DNA of 64,000 nucleotides from Ramazzottius varieornatus (lineage: Eukaryota > Animalia > Tardigrada): NCBI GenBank assembly GCA_001949185.1, contig BDGG01000004.1:149620-213619 (forward strand), given 5' to 3'. The position numbers and the translations under genes are program-made. The notes below the pieces were generated by a model. The model saw only the letters and a program-made list of their open reading frames with translations. It was not told where the DNA came from and searched no databases. Shown in pieces: positions 13,801 through 25,600 of this stretch (position 1 is the first letter of the stretch; every line of letters starts with the position of its first letter).

Positions 13801-14990
13801 TTGACGGACGAGTCTGCACGAGCTGGTCAAGCGCCCAGCTTGCCGCCATGCCGTCGTCCATGTCATTTACATCTTTCGTGCTTGAAATAACCTCAAGATA
13901 GGAAAGGATATCCGTTCATTCTTCAACTACGCTCCACTCTCTGACCAGTGTCCAGCCTGGCCAACTAATTGTCCGCAGAGTGTGGGAACGCTTTTATCCT
14001 CCGGATTATTCATTGCCGATTGCCGCTGTGCCAGCCTCGGTCGTCCTTTCCGTAATATAATTATGTCATTCATCAAGCAGAGCGGGCTTCCGGCAACCCA
14101 TATGGTCGGCATCAATGAACTGCCTCGAGCTTTCTGAGCTTTTGACTATCCTTACCTTAGTCCAATGGTTATGAAACTATCGTCTGCCAATACTGTCTCA
14201 AGGGCTTGCTCAGAACTGTTCAACGTAGGTTCACTGGAAAACCTTCAAACATGTTCCAAACAAATCCGTGAGGGTTTACCGATGTTACGACTGACTGGCG
14301 ATAGCGGATGCATGTTCAGATAAACAGGGATTTCTGTGTACTTTACAGTACACCACATTATGACCAAGTATCTCGTTTTACTGACCACTTCCCGGATGTC
14401 ATTATAGTCAACGGTGTATGCTCTGCTGGGTCTTCCGTTTGTTCTCAACCTTTTTATGCGAAAATGGCGCTAATTAAGGAAGCAAAATGGGTTACAGAAT
14501 ATCCTGGTGGAAATCGGAGACAATGTAATTACTGAAACGAATGAATGAATTAGGTTGGCGGACAAGAGCTGTAGGCCGAACGGTAATGAGAGAAGACTTG
14601 AGCCAGGTAAGAGGGGAGGCGCGGATAATTTGCGCAGAGGCTGAGCAAGCATGCTGGGCTGGGATAACGTGAGAACCAAATTCGAACCAACGGCTGTCCA
14701 TTGACAATTTATTCTTCCTCCGTTTCTTGCGGTTCATGAGGTTTCAGTCTTCACGCATACAGTCGCAAATAACAAGGAAGTTACTCTGACATGGCAGAAC
14801 AAGTGGCGAGAGCAAGTGCAGACCGCTCAATGGAAGTAATGGATGCATTAATTGGTGGGAGCCAGCAACAGGTGCATCCGATTGACGGTTTCTTCTTTTA
14901 GCCATATTAACTGGAGAGAAAAGCGGCTTGTCCCTCACTATAACTGGCTGCGTCGTCAACGTTGTAGACACCCGAATACAGATGACTGTA

Positions 14991-15373
14991 CGAGGTACAG
15001 AATATAATTCGGGCAGAACGATTTTCGCCCACAATTCGGGCAGAACGATTTTCGCCCACAATTCGGGCAGAACGATTTTCGCCCACAATTCGGGCAGAAC
15101 GATTTTCGCCCACAATTCGGGCAATGCGAAAAGTTTAAGCAGCGTGAGCAACGCTTGATTGATACCTCATCGTACGTCTGTTGATTCGACTTGGGCTTTT
15201 CAACATTGGATAGACCCATGTGTCTTCCACGACAGATTGGTCTGTTCCCAAATCTGTTCCGACCTTGGAAAGATGGACCGATGTACCTCGGGAAACAAAA
15301 ACTTGTAATTACGTGCAACAGGAAAAGGAAAAAAATGCCCAAATTATGGTGCAAGAACCGCTATGCCCGAATT
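14991..15373. mobile_element. Mariner-type MITE (copy 1) with amplified left end and damaged right TIR
   Basis: Starts TA|CGAGGTA...AATTCGGGCA, ends TGCCCGAATT; internal sequence clearly homologous to 43435-43744. Confidence 0.75.
15006..15123. repeat. Perfect 27-bp tandem repeat, 4 copies plus partial
   Basis: AATTCGGGCAGAACGATTTTCGCCCAC at 15006, 15033, 15060, 15087, then AATTCGGGCA. Confidence 0.97.
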
Positions 15374-16534
15374 GCTTGGATATTTGTTACTGTATTCTCT
15401 CCAGTAATTTCCCTACGTCACAGGCGATACTTTTGTTAAAGAGTTTGCGAAGCGAACGGGCAGCTTTCGCTCTACGTCAGTTTACTACGTCATTTTAAAC
15501 TAAAATTTGCACAGATGATTAATCTTTGTTTGAAACTAAATAAACGCTTGCGATTGATTGCATGTCCTTGATTGAGTCTAATGACGACACGGTTTTGCCA
15601 CTGTGGCAGATACCGCAATTTCACTCTTGCACCATTTGTAAAAACCGTTCGAGTGACGTAGGGAAATTACCGGAGAGAATACAGTATCTGGGATATTTCC
15701 CCTGTGAAGTTCAGTCAACGCTAGCGCTGTGGTCATTTGCAGTGTGATCGCATTGTGTCTTTCTGTGTGGTTGATCTTTTCCCCACCCGCCGCTCCCTTT
15801 CATGTTGTTTTCTACTGATATCTTGGTTTTGAATGTTGTTGTTTTACAATCTATCAACAAAGAGGCCTGGCAAACAGTCGTAATTTATGTTTCCCACGTG
15901 ATCAATAATTACACTGTGTGAAAAGTCACTGCAAACCTGAAGTACCTTGCTGCATGGTTAGCAATAAATTCAACTTCTAAATCTGATCGCAGGTATCAGA
16001 AGCATTATCGGTATATTGATTGACTTGGTTATGGAATGAAGTTTCTGCGGCCTGCAAAACAAACGGCAAAAACATAACTTATCAACGCTGTTGATGCATT
16101 AACATTATGAGGTAAAAGTAGCGGACATGTAAAATCGCATGTTGAAGTTGTCCACCCAAGATCTCCTCGTCCGCCGATCAGAGTTCGCTATTTCTTGGTT
16201 CATTCGATAGGAAAAAATCTATACGTATTTATGAAACATGGCCACATACGAAAGAAATGCTAGTTTTTCGAGAAATATCTGCTTGGGAGAGGGACAGTCA
16301 GCCCAATGTTAAAAATCCTGTTTTCGAAGAATCGGCTGATTTTAATCGATCAAGTTACGATACACATGCCTGACCGGTGTCAATAACTCAACTTTAGTTG
16401 GTTTTATCCACCTGTCCTCGTCTATTCACTACCAAGTTCAGCGACGAAAAATTCACTACCAAGTTCAGCGACGAAAATTTCAGAAAGAAGCATTATTGAT
16501 ACTAAAAACCTTGCGGCGGTCCGGAACTATCGTA

Positions 16535-18280
16535 CTGTATTCCCTCTAAGGTTCTGCGCAGTCGCGTGACAGGCCCGTAAATATTACCTGCCGGGTATAG
16601 AAAAACAACTGGATCGTCAATCAAAGGCTCGCCAATCAATTTCCATAAAGTCACGCTTTATTCTTCTGCGAATGAATCTTCCACCGAGCTGAAACTACAC
16701 TCGAAAGAGGCCTCCAAATCCTCAGGACTATCCATAACCTCTTCCTGTCCAGCTAACATGTACAAAGGCTCTGGCATAATATTAGCTCCAACAAAATAGT
16801 TTTCTACCGTAGAAACGTTGATTTTGTCCCAAGCTTCCGAAACAAAATGGATGAAGTCTTGGCGGCTCGGCTTCTTCAAGTACCCACTTTTGCTAACAGC
16901 GGTGAGATCATCCCTCCAGACATGGTAAGATCGCCGCAGGTACGATTTAAAGGGAAAGTTAACACCTACGTCGAGAGGTTGATAGGTACCAGTGAGTCTA
17001 GCGGGAATGAACACCTGTTCAATACCCAGAACTGCCAGTAGAAGCTGACTTTCGAAACTCCCATGAGCTGGCGCACGATCGCGGATTAGGGTTCAACCAT
17101 CGTGTCTTTCGTCGAATGTTTCGCTGATCCAAAACTGGCCAAAAGCCGAATTTCATCACCCCGAATGAGTACCGTAAATGCGCTCGTTCTCGGGCATTAC
17201 CAACTTGTTTAGGATTCTTGGCGACAGCTTTTCGGTCTTCTTGTTGCCTTTGAACACAATGGAAGTGGGGAATTTTAAGCCGTCGGCGCAAATCGTGAGG
17301 CACACCGTGAGGCATTCGGGATCTCCTGGAGGCTGGACAACTTGAACTTCCTTCGTACCTTTTGGAGAATAGCGTCTTCTTATACGTGTTCTGCAGTTTG
17401 ACAGAAGTCTAATCCATGTTCATGATGTGGTAAGGATGAAGTTGATTATGGGAGACAGCTTCAAAAATCCTGTGTGGGAAGAATTCTTCCTGGATCTGCA
17501 GATAGGCGAATGTCAGTTTAATTTGCGCATGTGGTCACTAATCGTAATGCAATAGCAAGTAATACGGCTTCAAAAAAAATTTCATAACATGACGTCACAC
17601 ACCGTAATAAGCAGACCTCTTACCTTGTCTTCGTCCGTTTGCGCGAACTTTCGGCCAATCTTGTTGTGACTCTCAGAACTATTCCACGTCGCTTTCTAAA
17701 CTTCTCCACCCATCCTTTCGAAGCTCTAAACCCGGTGGTTCCTAGCTTGACAGCAGCGGTAAGAGCCATTCTTTGCAGGTCGAAATCTCGAGTGGGCTTG
17801 AGCTGCGCGAGACGCTTTTCGTATTTGCTGTACACCTCTACATCGAGATCAGGGTGCATAATCGGCTTTGCGGAGTTTTTGCTGTTTTCTGGAAGCTTTC
17901 CAGACCTGAGAATGACAAAAGTTACTGGAGAAACACTAAGGGATCCGAAACAACTTGAAGCAGTTCTTACTTCCAAAGGCGCAATGTCGATTCAGATATT
18001 CCAACAGCCTTGGCGTAACTGCGAATGCTTCCCTCCCACCTTTCCAGTGCAATGACATGACGCTTAGCCTCCTCCACAGAGTACGTACTATGAGTTTTAG
18101 AGCTCATTGCGGCAACGAGCTGAGCAATTTGCTTTCGGTTAAAAATTCAGAAAATATGAGCAATAAGTGACAACCTGATGGGCAACAATCAAATAATCAG
18201 TCTGATGTACCGTAAATTTTTCGCGGGGTATAATTCACTTACGTGATGACGTACTGCGCAGAACCTTAGAGGGAATACAG
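16535..18280 (-). mobile_element. pogo/Tigger-like DNA transposon (copy A), defective transposase
   Basis: 28-bp TIR CTGTATTCCCTCTAAGGTTCTGCGCAGT, TA TSD. CENP-B-type HTH (FRASKGWVEKFRKRRGI), DDE_1 motif IPARLTGTYQPLDVGVNFPFK. Intron 17496-17623; stops and frameshifts. Confidence 0.92.
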
Positions 18281-20860
18281 TACCATGCGGTTTCTCAACC
18301 GGACAGTCTCTGGTATGATAAAAAGCAGGCACATGCTACTTGCCTTTGGCAGGTTGTGGGCTGTCAGTCTGTCACGTGGCGGGCTTCATGCCACCACCAG
18401 CACCAGCAAAGTCACTCCGTATTCCTGCGAGCATTCAAAATCTGTGCTGCCGTATGGCTCCTGCAGTGGCTCACTCAGGCACATCCCATCGGAAGAAACA
18501 GGTCATGATACCAAATAGGAGAATAGTATTTTTCCATTTTTTTGAGCATGTTACTGGGGTGTTCTTAACCTGAAGAATGGTCATGTCCCACCGGAACACG
18601 ATCGAGACGCGCTGATCACGATTGCTCCTAGAGCTCCGCTCGTCACCGACCACTTACTGCATTAATATTGTAAACGAACTGCTGCCCCTTCTGATGTTGC
18701 TGGTGTATCCTTTTACCTTATTTATGACAAGGAGATCGGCGAAAGATCACAGCGGTCGTATTGCACCTCACCCCTCTCGCAATTTATTGCAAACGGAACG
18801 CGATTCGCAAACGGCAAATCCGACGGCGGCGACATCTGGCGGGTGACCTATACTCCGCTCTTCAAAAACGTCCAACAGTAGTAAGATTCTAAGGTTGAAT
18901 TTTCTTGTACTCAACCTAATCGTTACTTGGTTGCCAATCCCGGCTTCCTACACCTTGTTCTTTGGGGGTGCACTTGAACTTTCCGAGCTTCTACCTGACG
19001 GTGAGTGTTTTGTGCTCCGTTAGTCCACTGTTCGAGCCGACAGTGTTCTTGCTGACACCAAAAAACAGACGCATGCCAAGCAACCCTCCACCGATAACAA
19101 AAGAAGACAAAGCTGTGAAACCCATTGTCAAAGATGGTTTGCGTTCAGTGGGCCAGCCTTCCGGACGCCGCTACCTGTTTACAGTATACGGCTACAGGAA
19201 TATTTTTGAGCGCAAGCCGCAACATGGTCGAGCGAGAGCGCACTCTGCCAGGGACAATAGTGTACGAAAGGGATGTGCGGATTACGCTGCACTTTCTTAT
19301 GGTTTCGAAAATACGGTGCCTTTATTCCGACTTACTATGAGACGCGGCTAAACCTAGTTTATGGAACAAAGAAAACAATCTTGCAAAAGTATCAATATGA
19401 TTGAACCTCTATATCCAGTTTGTTTTACCTGGTTGGTACTTGCTCCTTGAATGTTTTGCAACCTCGCGAATAAGGTGAAAAAGGCAAACTGAAGGCGAGC
19501 TATCGATCTGCATGTAAGTCCGACGAAACTGCTGTGCCGGAATCGTTCAACCAGGAATAATTTCTCCCAGCTCAAGCAGTGGTACCACCTGGGATTAGTC
19601 AGGAACTTAAAACATCAACCAATCAAATACCGAAAGTGCAGAGAAGACCTGTACCCGAAGTGCTCGCTAGTGCTCGTCTCTAACTGGAGCGGATTACTTG
19701 TATTAAGACTCCTTGGCCAGTGCTAGCAACCAATATCAGACCGGGAGAATTTCCCTGCAACTTCAGGCTGTGATGCCACCCTGGATACCAACACTACCTT
19801 TGACGGACATTCGGCCGAAGATCCGTCAACCATGTAAAGCCGGATCTAATACTTCGAAACCTCCTTTCCATTATCGCACACAAGGGATTTATGCCAGTCG
19901 GTCCATTCCAACTCTGAAATCAATTCGCTATATAAGTAGATGAGAGTTCACTGTATAAACAGAGCCATGCAGCATCGGCGGAAGTAATTCCTAGACGCCA
20001 CTACAAAATTCGGGAACAGGGATACAATGGCCGTACGGATCCGTCCCAATGACGTAACCAAACCTCTTTCACGTAAAATGCACTTTGATTTGATTCCTGG
20101 TTGACAAGGAGACGATCAGCTGATCGGCGAAGAGTGTGTTCGCCAGACAGCTTGCTGTCTCATACCTGTAGTGCTTCATGGTGCGCAATTTGCAGCGGCA
20201 ACGACGTCAAATTCGATCACCTGTTCACCTCATTGTCAATGAAAAAGTCTCAATCAAGAGACTTGTACGCTAGTGTACGACAATAGTTCCTCTGTTCCCG
20301 AGTTTCGCAGTGGCGTCCAGGAATTAGTTCCGCCGATACGGTCTGCTGTTTTATGGAGTGAACCCTTCCCTATTTTTCCGTCTTATTGCTTTTAGAGTTG
20401 GAGTGGACCGACTGGCGTAAATCCCTTGTCAGGTACATCGTGCCATCTTGCTTAATTACGGATCGATACGCCCAAACGAGCAGAGGCAAACCATACGAAA
20501 ATATAAGAGGTCCAGTAGAGTCGCCACTGGGGTGGCAGTACTGTGTTTGCCTAAGCTGTTACGCACTTCTAGCAGATTTTGAGTGCGAATTTCACGGACT
20601 GGAACTTGGCGCACTGCAAGGATGTCAGCTGAGAAAAACGTTTCGCAAGGTTTGATTATCAATAGCTAATCATTCATCGTCAACTTTTTTACGACGGTGT
20701 TCGAGGACGGAAAGTGGCAGGCTTCGAAGAAGTCACGAGCTGTTTACCACTCAACTAGTTAAATTTCTGTTACGTATACAGTGCTATTCGGATTTTCCGT
20801 GCAGCTATCTTCCCGAATATTCCGTTTCACGGTCGATTTCCAGAACCTGTGAACGACAAA

Positions 20861-21236
20861 ATGCGAAACGTCAACTGTTACCTGTTACTGGTCACTGCTC
20901 TGGGACTTCTGGCTTTCTCGACAGGTACGAGAAAACACTAGATTTCGTATCATCTCGAAGTCGTCAGACTGCTTTAACGTATAACAATGTCTTCCGTATG
21001 CGCGTTTTCGAATTACAGAAGCCACTCTGGGACCCCAAGCCGCTGCCCATCCAGGATCTCTTTGTAGGGATGGGAAGCCAATTGTAAACTGCTTCGTGCA
21101 ACCTTGCCTAGGCAAAACTTGTTCAAACTACCCGAACGCCGTCTGCCAGGATGACTACTGTGGTGGATGCAACGCAAGGTTCTTCGTGGGTCGCCGAGAA
21201 GTTACCTACCGATGTGGAAGCCAATACTATGCATAG
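20861..21236 (+). CDS. Small secreted cysteine-rich protein (93 aa, 8 Cys in mature part)
   Basis: Exon 20861-20924 encodes signal peptide MRNVNCYLLLVTALGLLAFST; phase-1 GT..AG intron 20925-21018; exon 21019-21236 encodes ...CRDGKPIVNCFVQPCLGKTCSNYPNAVCQDDYCGGCNARFFVGRREVTYRCGSQYYA*. Confidence 0.88.
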
Positions 21237-22635
21237 GCCACCACTTAAACCAGGAAATATGTACCTACCCATCTCTGTGTACCTCGTTCGGTGGTGAAGC
21301 ATCCAAATATCCATGCAAGAAAGCCTCGGACCTGTAACTACTGTATTGTAGTTTCTTTTTGGTCATAACATTAACATATGGTGTCCTCTAACATGCAAAG
21401 CATACGTATCGTCAGCTGCTCATGATTGAACCTCGATCTGTTCTACTGCGCCATGTGAATGAACAGTACACGCAAGAAGAGAAATTATGGGGCCAGTAAA
21501 AATTATGGACAGGCGGAAAGGACGGCGAAATGGAAATTCGACCGTGGAAAGGTGTCAAAAAATGTATTACTGCGAATCGGTCGTGTACGTACGTGCTCCC
21601 GTACCGTCGTAGCGAAAACGCTTGTCCCATAGTTTTAGAAGCATCGGTTTCGTGATCGGCGAGTGACATGGTCTGAAGGGTCCTCGTAAGTTGCTTCCAG
21701 CACTGGGGTGGCGGTGCATTTGTTTCCGAACTAAGGAAGTGGCGCCACCTGTACCTCAAATAGCTGAGTGGCCGATGGCATGACAGTAGCAAACGGATCT
21801 CACTATGTTCAGGAATCATTGATTTGCGTAAATGCGCACTTTTGGTCCCGGAACCGTGACCATGAAAGACAAAGCAAGCGAGAAGTTTGGACAGAGGATA
21901 TAGGAGAACGAAGCGAATATGACCGATATCACCGCGTCACGAACCTTCCATGCTGGTACAGCAAGCCTCGGAACCGCACATTCTATCATTTTTTTGGACC
22001 TCTTGGTTATAGAGATGAGCGACATTCCCGTAGGTTGAAGCTGCCTTGTGACAAGAGGACAACGCGGTACGTACGCGAGTATAAACGAGAAATCTCTTGA
22101 TTCAATGTCTTTGGTACCCTTATCTTGGATTTCTTTCGTATTTGCGAAGTCGCTATTTCACAAACACACGGATCTTTCTTTATCGTGTGCCAGTGGTGTA
22201 CAGAAGTTCCATGGCTGATAGGCTTGGTGATAACACACATTTGGTGCCGCATCCGCCTGTCTACAAGAAGGTTACGAGGGGCGGGCTCTGCGCACATTAT
22301 TCATCCCGGCTTTGCTTCAGCGCTGAAGAGCAAACAGCCGCATCACAAAAGCATGCAAGCATGCCATAATATTCTCCCTATTCAAGCTGGCGCTGACCAG
22401 TGGACACTACGCGGAACAGTCCAGCCAGGCAGAGTAAAACTGTGCCGTCAGTCATTAAGTTTTGCATTATGTGCAATTGTCCCTTGTCAGCTCTACGCAG
22501 CCCTTGGTGTGAGTTGCCTTACAGCCAGCTGCATATGCACACTACTCACAGTGATCTCCTTCACGCTGTCGCCATTCTCAACTCCTCAATCCACCCATTT
22601 AATTTCAACTCATTAATGCCCTGGCTGCTACAGTC

Positions 22636-25600
22636 ATGCAGCGAGATTTGCCCGAAATGTTGCGAGATTATTGCTCCTCATCTTGTGATTCAAATTTTGA
22701 GCCTGGTGCGAATGGGAAAGCGACTTCTGAAAACTGTTCTCTTAATCGCCAACAGACCTCCGCCGAAGTCTCCTACATGTCATCAAGGCTATCCAACGGC
22801 GTCTATTGTCAGACCAATTCCGTGGTCTTGTCTACCAAGTCAACCAGCCTAACGGAACCAACTCGAGAAGACGTCTCCTGCGTCGTCCGAGGCAAAGAGC
22901 GTCTCTTGGGATATGCCTATTTGAAGAATGAAATTTATGTCGAATACGTTTGCGCCGATGGTACCAGCTATAAACCTGGAGGTAGGTCTGCAGCAAGGGA
23001 GGTCTCATTAGACAAAATATTCTCACATGGGCACGCCCAGTAATGAAACATATTTTGAATCTGAAAGTAATCTGCAAGAAGAACGGCGTTTCCCTTGACT
23101 GTAACCTGCAGCATGCTTGCTTGTAAGTCGGTTGAGCTCCAACGCTAAACAGCTCTGAATGCAGCTCAACTTCAACAAATAGGTGTCAGTCAGCATTTCT
23201 CGCTTCATTCTCTCACATGCGCCATGCATAAAAGAGAAGAATTAAGCCACTTGACTTTGAGCTGAATTTCCAGAAACCAAAAGACCTCACTTGTCTCACA
23301 CACAAACCGACCACGTTTAACCCACCTAATCAATTAAATTTTATTGATAAACCTCGGATGAAAGCGCCTAACGAACAGTTTTCTGTTCTACCTGTTATAG
23401 ATCGCAGCGGAAAAGTAACTTAGCTTTCCTGCAGAAATTTCGATGATGCCAAGTTTGTACCAAATCTTAATAGAAGAGTTTGGAAAACAAATACGGATTT
23501 CTTTCTGGCTACGTCTGTCTTCCGTAAAGGAAAGAGACCGGACAGAGCTGTAATGACAAGTCAGCGCGAATTGCTTGGAACAGAGTTACTGTTGAAGACT
23601 AGCTGGCTTCCATTGTTCGCAGCCCTGCTGTTTGCACAGCAGCAACCGTCCGCAACAATTACAATCACGTGCTACCAGATAACTCCCGATAGTCCCGATA
23701 CTAAACATTCGAATGCTAAAGAATACTTCTGGAGAAACCGCAGATTGATTGTTACAGACCATGAATCATGGGTCAGACGAAAATCTTCCTTGGAAAACGC
23801 CTAAACAGCACTAGTGGAAAATACCACAGTTAAAGTTTCAGGAAGTAATTCCCAGTTGAACCATCTTTTTTGCAAATTGCGATTTAAGCAATTTCGCCTT
23901 TAAAACTTGATCTAATTTTGGTACGTTGATACGCTGAAATACAGCCGGCGAAATGCAGGTTCTCAGAGAACGATATATGTCATAGCACAGGGCTTTGCGC
24001 AAATACGTGCTGATTAAACAAAGCAGACCGAGACACAAAAGCGACTAAACAAGCTGAAACATGGCACATTGACGATTCGATTATCTTCAAAAAGAACAAT
24101 AGTTCGTGTTACGGTCAACCTGACAGCGGTATACTGCAACCACGTACCACGATTCACAGAGAGTACGAGCTAGATGATCACGAACTGTAATTCTTAGGTC
24201 CTTTTTCCAACCGGGATCCCACTCAAAAGCCAAAATACGCGACCTGTGAATCCCAGACGAAATTTTATATTAGTTACGTAACTAATCTCGACGACCTGTA
24301 GGGCTAGACACCTCGGATCCTGGATTTCCGTACAGAGCCCTATCATGTTAGACGCAATTACGGAGCATTGGTATCATTACGGTCGGTGTGATTGAAATCG
24401 AGCTATAGTGGTACGAAGGATGCGCAGGTAAAGTTACCCTGAAGACCGCAAAGCCACGCTCACGATAATTACGTGCTTTCCAACTGTAACAACATCGGCT
24501 GGCGATTTGGAGATCATTGATCTACTTTTCAAAGCTAGATGTCTGTAATGCAATATTGAAACGTGTTGTAATTAACGGAGTGTTTATCTGTTGCAGATTC
24601 TGTGTATATGGAACGAGGAAGTCGACGTGACACCTTTGAAACGTTCAACATTTGCACCATCCAAGATTTCTTTCGGGTAAGGGCTCTTTACTTTTAATGG
24701 GCTCTCGGCTGTACGAGCCGAGCATACAGTGCATGACTTTGTTCAGGGTAAAGCAAACAGATAAGAACATCATAGATGTTAGATCAATACGTGACCCTTC
24801 TCAATCTTGATCACGGTTCACGCCGTTTTCTGGACACACTCTACACAGTGCACTACACGGATACATCACCCGACGAGCGACTATTAGCCGCCCACATTAC
24901 CACGTACTATGTGAAACCAGCCAAACGGTGGCATGTGGGCGGTTAAATGTGATCACAAATTCAAAGATCGATTTTTCCGGGGACAAATATACGTAGAACC
25001 CAATATCTTCTAAATTATTTTGTGTACTGTACACCTAGGGCAGAAGGTCTGGATATTCTCGGTTAGGCGAATGGCTGCTTCTTGTGCTTTGTTTTGAGCC
25101 ATGACGCCAGGGGAGACAGGAAGTTTGAGCACATTTAGAAGCAGTTTAGCGTCAACAAAGTACCGCACTGGCCAAGCTGCACTTTATGACATGTCGCCTC
25201 CAATGAATTGGCTGAATAATGATCGGCAGATTGAAACCGCTCAAGCAAGACCTGCTTTCCGTACGATCATCGTACACGCTTTGTGCAACATTGTAATACA
25301 AGCCTGCTGAAGCAGTCATGGAAGACGCTCCCCTAGTCACGTGGCTCCCTTGTACTGCGGTGCTAAAAGGGTGGACTCAAACTGCGCCACGTGACGAGGA
25401 TGAAACCCGCGTGTTACAGTAACCCAAGCCGCCGATACCCGGCGCACCATGTGAATCCTTTCCCGGCTTTCTCTCGCGTCCAGCTCCATGTTAAAACATG
25501 GCAGTCAGCGTAACAACGTTATGATACAGAGCAAGTTTGTCCTCACCGGGATCATTTTGAATGCTAATTGGACGGCAAAGTTCACCAGGCGGCTTACGAT

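Noticed and set aside
15006-15123. 27-bp partly palindromic repeats as a CRISPR array or ELWAKIVLP repeat protein
   Set aside because: Units are contiguous with no spacers, no cas genes, and lie inside a MITE; the ORFs are incidental.
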